A stretch of DNA of 64,000 nt from an uncultured Verrucomicrobiae bacterium (lineage in GTDB: Bacteria; Verrucomicrobiota; Verrucomicrobiia; Limisphaerales; Palsa-1400): the NCBI GenBank assembly GCA_963764165.1, contig CAVXRD010000004.1, positions 480,001 to 544,000 of the forward strand. Direction: 5' to 3'. Below the pieces are notes generated by a model, which searched no databases, was not told where the DNA came from, and saw nothing but the letters and a program-made list of their open reading frames with translations. Position numbers and translations under genes: made by a program. This document shows positions 1-9,300 of this stretch, piece after piece (the first letter of the stretch is position 1; the number at the start of each line of letters is the position of its first letter).

Positions 1-3000
1 ACAGCCAGGTCGCCTTCGCCATCAATCAGGCCTCCGGCGATGTCATCTTTGGCAACGGAGGATTGTTGACCAACATCCTCATTTCGGCGCTGCAATCCAA
101 CAACGCGGCCGCGGGAACGTACTACGCATTGACCAATACCGGCAGCGGCCTGGCTCTCATGCAGATTACCGCCATTGCCGGCGTCAACGGTCAGGCCACC
201 AATACTTACACCACGAACGGTTTCACCAGCGGCGAAACAGCGACCAATCTGACCATCTCGACCGGCGCGACAAAAACCAACGGGACCGCCTCGGCGGGAT
301 TCACGGAGAATATCAACCTTGGCCCGAGCGGGATTTATCAAACGGTCGTTTCCCAGAATGGCGTGGGAAAATGGCACGTCTTGCAGACCGCAACACTTTG
401 GGAAATTCTCGACTCGGCCAACAATGTCGCCTTCCAAATCAACCAGGCATCCGGCGATGTCATTTTTGGCAATGGCGGATTGTTGACAAACATTCTGATC
501 GCCGGAATTTCCAGCAACGGCGTCACGGCCGGAAGCGTTTTCGTCGTCACCAACACAGGCGCGGGCCTCGGCTTCATGCTCGCCCCTGCGGCCAGCGGGA
601 TCAACACGAGCGGCGGCTTTGGCACCAACAATTATTTGACCAACGCCACGACCAGCGGCGAGCACGCCACCAATTTGACCATCGCCAGCGGCAACGCCGG
701 CGGCGCAACGAACCTGAACGCGAATGCCTTCACCGGAGGCACAACCGCACTCACCAATCACAACGCGGCCGTGGCCAATTTCGGAAGCAACGTGGTTACG
801 GCCGCAACGAACGTCAGCGGAGCCATCGCCAATTCCGGAACTTTCTCCACCGACGGCGGAAACATCAGCAGCGACGCTCTTGGCCACCTGTCCATTTCGC
901 CGAATGAAAACAACGGCGTTGGCTTGACTGTTAGCCAGGATCAGGCCGGCGACGACATTGCGGATTTCACCGATTGGAACGGCAATTTGATCTTTCAGCT
1001 CGACGGACCGAATCAGCAAGCGAAACTGGCCGCGCCCTGGATTTACGCTGGCAACGGCAGCGACCTCACGACCCTTAACGCCTCGCAATTAACCAGCGGC
1101 ACGGTGCTTCCCGCGCGTCTCGGCGGCGGATCCCCCAGCTCGAGCACGGTTTTGTACGGCAATTCCACTTGGGGCCCCATCGTCGGCGGCAGCGGGATCG
1201 CGACCAGCGGCGGCGCCGGCACCAACAATTATTTAACGAACGCCACCACGAGTGGAGAGAGCGCAACGAATCTCACCATCGTGAGCGGCAACATTTCAGG
1301 GGCGACCAACCTGCCCGTTTCGGCGCTCAAGACAAACGGCCTGACGGCCGGAAGCGTCTACGTCCTGACCAATTCTGGAAGCGGAATGACCGTGATGGTT
1401 GCTCCGTCTGGAGGCGGCGGAGGAGGCTCGGGAATTCCAACCATCGCAGGCGTCGGCACCAACACGTATTTAACCAATGCGACGAGCAGCGGCGAGATTG
1501 CGACAAACATCAGCATTATCAGCGGTAATATTTCTGGAGCGACAAATCTCCCGCCGTCAGGCCTGAGCAGCGGCAGCGCGTCTGCAGGGCAAGTGCTCGA
1601 ATGGAGCGGCACGGCTTGGGTTCCAACGTCCATCAGCAGCTATCTCAATTTCACAACGGTCGGCGGCGTCAACGATGGCGTCACTCTAAATGATGCAGCG
1701 TTCTCGAACGCGTGCGCAGCCCTCGGCCCGGCAGGCGGCGTGCTCTATATGCCGAAAGGCAGCGGCTACAAATTCAAAGGCGGCATCATCATCACCAATC
1801 AGCAGATCACGATCCAGGGCGACGGCATGGGTGTCTACGGCGGATTGGGCGAGCCGGACGTTTTCAGCAGCGTCATCATCTGGACCAATCTGACGACCAA
1901 TCTCTTCACCTTCACAGGACAGTCAATAACATTTCAAAATCTCTCAGGATTCTGGACAAACACCGCCGCGCCGACCGCTGGCGCGTTCATCGCCGTCACC
2001 ACCAATTGGGACGGCGTCAATGGACAGGTGCAATGCAACTGGCTCAACGTGCTTTTGGATGGTGGATATCGCTGTGTTGATTATCAAGCCGGGCAGAACT
2101 GGCAGGCGACTCAATTGGAATGGGTGCGCTGGTGGATGGACGGCATCCGCATCAACAATTTGGCCAATCCAGACATCGGAGGCTGGACGATCACCGGCAG
2201 CGGTTGGGCTGCCGTGGCTGGCCTGCAATACACTATAGGAGCGCATGTTGCTAACAGCGCCATTTGCTGGAACGGATCAGGCGGCGGCTCGATCATCAAC
2301 ACGGGCGGAGGCGCATTCAATTGGGGCGGGTATAGCGACCCCGGCGGCTACACCAATGCCATCTTGATCCAGCCGGAATATCCATCCGGCGCGGATTCCA
2401 CCAGCACGTTCTTCATTAACAACGCGCTCATCGACAATTATCTTGTGCATGGAATTTACTCCGAGCCAGGCACGGGATCTTTCTCCAACATCAAATTCGT
2501 TCAGGTCCAAATGGAGTCTTTTGTCGGCGGCGCATCGTCAGCAATTTTGCTAACGGGCGGAATTGGAAATAACGGCACCATTGACGGGTTTTCAACAGAA
2601 CAGCCTATTGCCAATCAAATCACCTTGAGCGGAATGGCTGGCATCGGCCTCGGTTTGATTAACAACAGCGGAGTGGAACCTAGCGTCGAATTGCTCAGCG
2701 CATCGACCTGCTACCCATTCTCTGATTTCACCGGCATTTTTGATCCCTTCGCCGGAAATCCACAATTGAAGATCGGATCATGGTTTTTGCAATCGCTTAA
2801 CACGAACGATACCACCCTCGGATTCAACGGCTACTTCACCGGAAGCGGTTTGACCGCGAAGCAAACCGGCGCGGTCGCGACCATCCAGGGACTCAACCAG
2901 GGCGGCATGTTCATGACGCTCTACGGCCAGACAACCGCTGGAGCCGTCGTCGGCAGCCCCACGCAAATATTCGCCGTGCGGCCAGGCGGCATCGGCATCG

Positions 3001-3695
3001 GAACGTTCACGCCCGCGGCGGAACTCACAGTCAACGGGGCGGCCATTGTGAGCAACAGCGTGACCGCAAACGGCGGATTCATTGGGCTCGGCAGCGCCCT
3101 GACCAATTCCGCGGGACACAATTATCAGGACGGAGTCCAGGCAACGAACATGTTTGCCACGCTCGCCGCAACTCAGCCGACGAACCTTACTTTGACACAG
3201 ATCGCCAGTCAGACGTCCACGGCGATCAACGGCGCCGGCATAACGAACATCCCTTTGTCTGGTGCGGTTGCTGGCGGAAACACCATCGCTACAAACGGCC
3301 AGGCAACCGCAACCAATAATATTGGTTTTGTGCTTCGAGCCGAAGCTTTGACCCTCAACACCTCGGCAAATTATTTCGCGCCATCTTACAATTCCACCGG
3401 AGGCACGGAGGTAAACAAGGCGTCGGGGCTGCTCGGCGGAGTCTACGGAGACAACGTGACTGTCAACTTCTCTGCCACCAATTTGCCTGGGACTAACGTC
3501 TACATAATTTGGAGAACCAACCAGATTTCTTGTGCAACCAATGTGATTTCCGGCCCCATCACGCCATTGCAACCGTACACATTTTCAAACCCACTCACCG
3601 TGACAAACGGAACAACGTGGGATTTCATCATCACGAACAGCGTAAGCACGACCGGGTACTACATCACGATGGCAGTGAGCCAGAGGCCGCTATGA
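1..3695 (+). CDS. Phage tail fibre/tailspike-like protein, 5'-truncated by the window; Gly/Thr/Asn-rich repeats followed by a pectate-lyase-3-like beta-helix
   Basis: Frame is open from base 3. Repeated blocks QINQASGDVIFGNGGLLTNI and TNATTSGExATNLTIxSG. Motif GVNDGVTLNDAAFSNACAALGPAGGVLYMPKG is typical of beta-helix N-caps. Lies directly upstream of holin/spanin-like genes. Confidence 0.65.
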   Translation, partial: SQVAFAINQASGDVIFGNGGLLTNILISALQSNNAAAGTYYALTNTGSGLALMQITAIAGVNGQATNTYTTNGFTSGETATNLTISTGATKTNGTASAGFTENINLGPSGIYQTVVSQNGVGKWHVLQTATLWEILDSANNVAFQINQASGDVIFGNGGLLTNILIAGISSNGVTAGSVFVVTNTGAGLGFMLAPAASGINTSGGFGTNNYLTNATTSGEHATNLTIASGNAGGATNLNANAFTGGTTALTNHNAAVANFGSNVVTAATNVSGAIANSGTFSTDGGNISSDALGHLSISPNENNGVGLTVSQDQAGDDIADFTDWNGNLIFQLDGPNQQAKLAAPWIYAGNGSDLTTLNASQLTSGTVLPARLGGGSPSSSTVLYGNSTWGPIVGGSGIATSGGAGTNNYLTNATTSGESATNLTIVSGNISGATNLPVSALKTNGLTAGSVYVLTNSGSGMTVMVAPSGGGGGGSGIPTIAGVGTNTYLTNATSSGEIATNISIISGNISGATNLPPSGLSSGSASAGQVLEWSGTAWVPTSISSYLNFTTVGGVNDGVTLNDAAFSNACAALGPAGGVLYMPKGSGYKFKGGIIITNQQITIQGDGMGVYGGLGEPDVFSSVIIWTNLTTNLFTFTGQSITFQNLSGFWTNTAAPTAGAFIAVTTNWDGVNGQVQCNWLNVLLDGGYRCVDYQAGQNWQATQLEWVRWWMDGIRINNLANPDIGGWTITGSGWAAVAGLQYTIGAHVANSAICWNGSGGGSIINTGGGAFNWGGYSDPGGYTNAILIQPEYPSGADSTSTFFINNALIDNYLVHGIYSEPGTGSFSNIKFVQVQMESFVGGASSAILLTGGIGNNGTIDGFSTEQPIANQITLSGMAGIGLGLINNSGVEPSVELLSASTCYPFSDFTGIFDPFAGNPQLKIGSWFLQSLNTNDTTLGFNGYFTGSGLTAKQTGAVATIQGLNQGGMFMTLYGQTTAGAVVGSPTQIFAVRPGGIGIGTFTPAAELTVNGAAIVSNSVTANGGFIGLGSALTNSAGHNYQDGVQATNMFATLAATQPTNLTLTQIASQTSTAINGAGITNIPLSGAVAGGNTIATNGQATATNNIGFVLRAEALTLNTSANYFAPSYNSTGGTEVNKASGLLGGVYGDNVTVNFSATNLPGTNVYIIWRTNQISCATNVISGPITPLQPYTFSNPLTVTNGTTWDFIITNSVSTTGYYITMAVSQRPL

Positions 3696-3745
3696 CCTTC
3701 ATGACATGCCGTAAGTTCGCGCTGGGGTCGGATGGCGAATGATCG

Positions 3746-4021
3746 ATGGACACGACTCGAAATAATTTTGACGGCACTGGCGATACTGACCGCGCTTCTG
3801 ATCGTTCGTGGAAGCGGGCCGAAGTCATTTTTGCCGCCCTCGGCATGGCCATCGCGCTATTTGCCGGCGTCGGCTCGTGGTTTGTCCTTCCGTATCGAGT
3901 CACCGCCGCCGAACAAAAAATTGAAAAATTCGGGTCTGAGAAATCCGCTGATCACGACGTTCTGATCAAAATGGAAGAAGACTTGCGTCAAATACAAAAA
4001 ACCCTCGAAAGACAAAAATAA
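3746..4021 (+). CDS. Small single-TM plus coiled-coil protein, holin-like
   Basis: 91 aa; one hydrophobic helix (VIFAALGMAIALFAGVGSWFVL) and a charged coiled-coil tail; position after the tail gene. Confidence 0.5.
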   Translation: MDTTRNNFDGTGDTDRASDRSWKRAEVIFAALGMAIALFAGVGSWFVLPYRVTAAEQKIEKFGSEKSADHDVLIKMEEDLRQIQKTLERQK

Positions 4022-4115
4022 TTACGATTTTGGCGGGGTGTGGTGCGTGGGGAAATCCCATGACAGGGTTGAATTTTCCCCTCATGAATCACCCGCCGAA
4101 AATCTGAAAGTTAAT

Positions 4116-4832
4116 ATGAACGATACAACTCAAATTTTGCTGCAAACGCTCCTCAAATTTATCGCGGGCTCCCTTGTTACCAAGGGAATCCTCAGCGCGC
4201 ACGACGCCTCCGCCGCATCCGAACTCGCCTACACAATCGTCGGCGCCGTGATCGGCCTCTTCGCCCTCGCCTGGCACAAAGCCCACGCAGACAAATTGCT
4301 GGCCACGCCTCCGCCTGGGAGCGCCCCGTCCGCGCCAGCATCCGGCACACTGCTCCCATTAATCGCATTCCTCCCATTCCTCGCATTGCCCGCCTTCACC
4401 GGCTGCGCGCTCCTGGACAAGCCATTGCCCGGCCAGACAACTCCGGCGCCGCTCGTAGCCTTCACCAACGGCACTGCGTATTTGCTCGGCCACGCTGCCA
4501 CCAGCAATGAGGTCTACACCGCCGCCCACGACGCCGCCAAGGTCGGCACAGCCGGCTTGCTGCTCGAATTCCCGACCGCGACAAATTACATTTCAGACGC
4601 CCAAGTCGTTTTTGAAAGCTTCGCGACCGGCGGAACATTCTCGCTGCCTGAGTTGACCAACGCCATCGCGCAGATCGGCATCAAGAACGCCGGAGACGAA
4701 ACCGTCGTCTCCCTGCTGGGCAGTTCCGCGCTGAGCCTCGCGGGCCTCTACGTCGCCCCGCTCATCAGCGAAGACACCAACGCCGCCCCCTACATCCACG
4801 CCGCGCTGCACGGCATCGCCGACGGCCTCTAA
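4116..4832 (+). CDS. Holin-like two-TM N-terminus fused to a lipoprotein-like C-terminal part
   Basis: ATG at 4116; two hydrophobic helices, Pro/Ala linker, then a second signal-like segment ending in lipobox-like FTGC. Confidence 0.5.
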   Translation: MNDTTQILLQTLLKFIAGSLVTKGILSAHDASAASELAYTIVGAVIGLFALAWHKAHADKLLATPPPGSAPSAPASGTLLPLIAFLPFLALPAFTGCALLDKPLPGQTTPAPLVAFTNGTAYLLGHAATSNEVYTAAHDAAKVGTAGLLLEFPTATNYISDAQVVFESFATGGTFSLPELTNAIAQIGIKNAGDETVVSLLGSSALSLAGLYVAPLISEDTNAAPYIHAALHGIADGL

Positions 4833-4862
4833 ACCGGTAGCCGTGAACTATAGATTACAGCC

Positions 4863-5058
4863 ATGAATTTCATCGGCCCGAATATTCAGCGCGATTGCCA
4901 GCGCCTTCAACTGGATGACTGGCCGCGACCAGATCAAAAACAGCCCTGCGATGCAAGCCGCCGCCGCCGCCAAAAGCGAACAAGCGCAGGTCGACAAGGC
5001 CACCAAGGCCATCGCCACCCAGGACACCGAAGAAATCAGGAAGGAGCTAGCCGAGTGA
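4863..5058 (+). pseudogene. i-spanin (Rz)-like small protein with a +1 frameshift at 4881-4882 (real or sequencing error)
   Basis: Removing one A after CCG gives MNFIGPIFSAIASAFNWMTGRDQIKNSPAMQAAAAAKSEQAQVDKATKAIATQDTEEIRKELAE*, an N-terminal anchor plus coiled coil. Its TGA overlaps the next GTG. Confidence 0.5.
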
Positions 5059-5432
5059 AACAATCCGCATCAATTCAGTGCAAATTCGCATTCCTCCCAT
5101 TCCTCGCATGCCTCCTATTCTGCCATGCCTGCACAACGGTCGTTCCGGAAAAGACCGAAGCGAAAGCCCCCAGCTTTGACGGCGGGGCTCAAAACAGCGG
5201 CTTCGAAGGTTGGACCACGAACACCCAGACCGGCGCCGTGTATGCCACATTGACCAGCCACGCCCGCGACCGCTACAACGCGCTTATACAAGCCTACGGC
5301 AAGCGTTTCGCGCCGCCGTTGGTCAAAGACGCCGGACTCATCCCAACAGCCACAGGCTGGCAAATCGACTTGCAGCATCTGGCTAATTTCGCGACCATGA
5401 ACCGCTGGAAAAAAGAAGCCGTCAAACCCTGA
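5055..5432 (+). CDS. Lipoprotein, o-spanin (Rz1)-like
   Basis: GTG start in a GTGA overlap; signal MKQSASIQCKFAFLPFLACLLFCHAC with a lipobox-like Cys; last gene of the cassette. Confidence 0.5.
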   Translation: MKQSASIQCKFAFLPFLACLLFCHACTTVVPEKTEAKAPSFDGGAQNSGFEGWTTNTQTGAVYATLTSHARDRYNALIQAYGKRFAPPLVKDAGLIPTATGWQIDLQHLANFATMNRWKKEAVKP

Positions 5433-5455
5433 CGTGCCCCTCCCTCACCTGCCCG

Positions 5456-5478
5456 TTATACACGGTCTTATACACAGT
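5456..5478. repeat. Tandem direct repeat TTATACAC(G/A)GT x2, candidate integrase arm-type sites
   Basis: TTATACAC at 5456 and 5468 (12-bp period), about 110 bp before the palindrome at 5586-5606. Confidence 0.45.
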
Positions 5479-5585
5479 TTCGGAAAACCCGAATTATTTG
5501 TTGCTTCGAAAACATCCACGAAAGTTCTCTAAAGCCGACTGATTCAAGCAGTTGCACATAGATGACAGTTGTTGCAACCCACACA

Positions 5586-5791
5586 GTTCAAAATACGGAT
5601 TTGAACGATTTGCCTTGAGCGTTGTCTGATTAATAAGAGAAGGAACATCGCTCGATGAGTGTTGGCAAAGGGATTGATTGCTGTAATGAGTTTCGAGCGG
5701 TGTGAGTGTTGACTCATTACATTTTTGTGCGCGTTGGACGGACGCGTTTGATCCCATCGTCTTGGAGCCGGAGCAATCCGGCTCTTTTTTT
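5586..5791 (+). ncRNA. Putative structured non-coding RNA (unidentified)
   Basis: Nested complementary segments: TTTGCC 5609/GGCAAA 5664; GAGCG/CGCTC; TGTAATGAGT 5682/ACTCATTACA 5712; GGGAT 5670/ATCCC 5751; ACGAT/ATCGT. Ends in a terminator. No credible ORF. Confidence 0.35.
5765..5791 (+). terminator. Rho-independent terminator
   Basis: GAGCCGGA-GCAA-TCCGGCTC followed by T7. Confidence 0.85.
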
Positions 5792-5847
5792 GTCTCGCGG
5801 GGCCGCCCCTCGCAGGAGAAACCGGGCCGATGTGTTTGGCGGTTGCT

Positions 5848-6125
5848 TTATTGAACCGGAATCGCCTGGCGGCAGGAGGCGACGAAGTTTTGCACGTTTA
5901 CAGGTGTATTCCGATAGGCGCTGACAGCCTCCTGTTCTTCGTTATCAGTCAGTGTCAGCGTGCCGTTGGTTATCGTGCGCATCCCCCGAAAGCGCTGTGG
6001 CTGTTGATGGTCCAATCCGACGCCGCGGCAAGCGTAATCGTCACGACGCTCAGGGAAGTGCCGTTGGGAGCCCCGGCCAGTGTAACGCGGTTGGATAACC
6101 ACTGATAAGAGGTGGGAGCAACCAG
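5848..6125 (-). pseudogene. Degraded Ig-domain gene remnant
   Basis: Minus-strand frames read APTSYQWLSN...LAGAPNGTSLSV and ITNGTLTLTD, similar to Ig modules of the giant proteins in this window, but broken. Confidence 0.3.
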
Positions 6126-6320
6126 ATTCGCTTTCGGCAGTTTGAGTGTTGCCGCGGCTGGTCTTCAACACAGCCGCGCCGCCAGCCTGCGTCCATCACC
6201 CGCTTTAATTCCCGCTCCTCGCATTATCAAAAGCAATTTTTCTATTGCCTAAAATTCTAAATGATAGTATGCGATAGTTAATGACAACACCGAATTGACT
6301 TCGACAACTCTGGAGGCTCT

Positions 6321-9300
6321 ATGACATCACAATTGCAAACCCAATCCAAACCCTCGATTTTCAAGCGGCTCGGCGCCTTGGCGGCGATCGGCCTTCTGGC
6401 TGTGGGCGCTTATTCCATTTACGTCGCGACTCACGAACCTGATTCGCAGGAAACGGTTCTGCTGGGCCAAACGCGCGTTGCGGCCGGCAGTCCGGCTGGA
6501 TTCCGGATCGTGGTGCGCAATCGAATCACGGGCCAGACCGTGCGCGGGGCCAATGTTGAAATAGCGCTCGCGTCCAAGAATTCGCAAAGGACGAGGCTCG
6601 GCAATGTTCACACCGACGCGAGTGGCACGTTTGATGGATCGCTCAATATTCCTGAGGTGGCGCCCGGGAATTATCAGCTTCTCGTCGATGTGACGTCCTC
6701 GTTAGGGCGCGATCACCTGGTGAAGAATATCGAGGTGGAAAATCCCGCCCGCGTCTTCTTGTCCAGTGACAAGCCGCTTTACCAACCCGGACAGACGATC
6801 CATTTGCGAACGATGCTGGTCAACCCGCGAACGGAAAAACCCCTTACGAACGAAACGATGACCTTTGAAATCAGCGATCCCAATGGAAACAAGGTCTTTA
6901 AGGAGACGCGTCTCCCCTCCACTTTCGGAATCGCCGCGGCGGATTTCGTCCTCGCTTCGGAGCTGAATCCCGGTCGGTACCAAATTCGCGCCGCCGCCGG
7001 CCCTGCCACGGCGGAGCGAGCTGTTGAAGTCAAACATTACGTTTTGCCGAAATTCAAAATCCGGGTTTCAACCGACAAACCGTACTACCTGCCAGGCCAG
7101 ATTGTGACTGGGACAGTGGAAGGGAATTACTTCTTCGGCAAACCGGTTGCGGAGGCGGACGTCAATTTAACGGCCGCCACGGTGGAGGACAAACCGGTGG
7201 CCATCGCCGGGTTGAAGGGAACGACTGATTCCAATGGCAAATACGCTTTTCGTTTTGTTCTGCCTGATTTTTTCGCGGGGCTGCCAGAAAAGAACGCGCA
7301 GGCCTTCCTGGACCTGACCGCGACGCTGACGGACACGGCGCGGCATTCTGAGAAATCAACCCTATCGCTCACCGTCGCGCAAAGTGAATTGGAGATCGCG
7401 GCCATTCCCGAGGCGGGGACATTTGTGCCTGGGGTTGAAAACGTTCTTTACGTGCTCACGTCTTACCCGGATGGCCGTCCGGCGGCATGCAAGGTTTTGC
7501 TGAATGGAACTGCCTACGCGACGGATGCAGCGGGTGTCTGCGAAATCAAACTGACGCCTTCCGACACAACGCCGCCGGTTGAACTTACCGCGCTCGATTC
7601 GGTTGGACGGAAAGCGAAGCTGGTGTTTCATCCGGACAAGACCCTCCCTGCAGCGCCGCTGTTGGTGCGTGCGGACAAAGCGGTTTACCAAGCCGGCCAA
7701 GCTGCCAAAATCACTGTTCTCTCGTCCGAAGGCGATAACACTGTGTTCATCGACGCGATCAAAGACGGCCAGACGGTCTTCACCAAGTCGGCGTCTCTAA
7801 AGAACCATGCGGCGGAATGCGCAATCGATCTTCCCGCGTCGCTGGTTGGCCCTCTTCAGATCAACGCCTACGTTATTGCAGCCAATGGCGAAGACAGAGG
7901 CAGTTCGCGCGTGTTGTTTATCAATCCCGCATCCGGGCTAAACATTTCGGCGAAATTGTCGAAGCCAATCTATCGGCCAGGCGAGTTGGCGACGGTTGAT
8001 CTGAGCGTCACAGACTCCCGTGGCCAGCCGGCGCCTGCTGCGTTAGGAATTGCGGCGGTCGACGAGAGCGTCTTCGCCCTGCACGAAAATCGGCCCGGCC
8101 TCTTGCAGCAGTTTCTCGACGCAGAAAGCGACTTGTTGAAGCCGCGCTATCAAATAAAATTCTTTGACACGCCGGACCAGATTCTTCTCGGCACGCAACA
8201 AAGGCTGGCGTCGGCGTATCTCGCTTCATTGGAGCAGCGATCCGCTCCGTCAGGAATCGAGGCCATGATTCACAGCGGCGATCCTTCGGCCCAATCTCTC
8301 GTGGATCAACTCCGCCGATTCAAGGGAACGAAGGAATATGAGTCTCTCCGCAATGACCCGCAGTTCGCCGAAGCGTTTCGTTTCGCCGAGGGCGGCGGAG
8401 GTCTTTACACGATGCGTGAAGCGACGGGTCCGGTGAAGCTTCAAGCAACGGAGGCGCACCGGCGGGCTTATTTCAACGCACTGGGCAAATATGGGCGAAA
8501 TGCCTTCCTTGCGGCGGTGTTCCTTGCTCCTCTAATCCTGCTGATTTGCCTGTCGCGACGCAAATCGGCTGTCATTTCCGCGAACGCAAGCCCGGGCGCA
8601 TTGCGTGGAGCAGAAATAAGCGTTCGTGTTTATAACAAGCTCGGCGCAGCGACCATTTTTCCATTGATATGGTATCCGGGTGGGCTGGCGCTGTTCGCTG
8701 GGCGAAACGATCACGCAGCGTGGTTTCTCTTCGGAGTGGAGGTGGTTGCAATTCTTCTACTTCTTTGCGTCGGATTTTTTGAAACAAGACCCACAGCGGT
8801 GAAGGATCTGGGGCGGGACACCACAAGCGCTCGCATCGGTCTCATTGCCTTTTTCACACAATTCGCATTTTCCCGCGCAAGTTTCGCCATGATCGCACTA
8901 AATCCGCCATCTTCGGAAGACATGCTCATCATGCTGCTGCTCGGGAGCGTTCTCGCGCCCCTGACCGTTTTGGCCTCCTACGGGATTCTTTTAAAGAACC
9001 AAATGGACAGTCAAAACATCACAACCCGGACTCCGCAAGTGTCCTTCGCGTTTTGGGCCTCAGTCATCGTCATGATCCTCGTCTTGTCATCCATGCTCCT
9101 GCCCTCGCTGGCGCGGGCCAAACAAAAAGCGCAACGCATTTCATTGATTAACACATTGAGGCAAATCGAGACCGAAAAGCAGATCATGGATTCCGATAAT
9201 GCGGGCCCGGAAAATGCCGCCCAAAGTTCGCCCCGCATCCGGCGTGATTTTCCCGAAACGCTTTTCTGGCGGCCGGAGTTGATCACCGACGACCACGGGA

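Larger units (their letters stand above)
1..5606 (+). mobile_element. Probable right end of a prophage
   Basis: Gene order tail fibre, small membrane proteins, spanin-like pair; then tandem TTATACACRGT repeats and a 7-7-7 palindrome resembling an att core; host-like genes follow. Confidence 0.55.

Noticed and set aside
4863..5432. Single 189-aa ORF in the track
   Set aside because: Better explained as a frameshifted small gene plus a GTG-started lipoprotein at 5055.
5586..5791. Identification as tmRNA, SRP, RNase P or 6S RNA
   Set aside because: No T-loop/CCA end, no SRP or RNase P signature recognised, and pairing is branched rather than one long rod; left unassigned.
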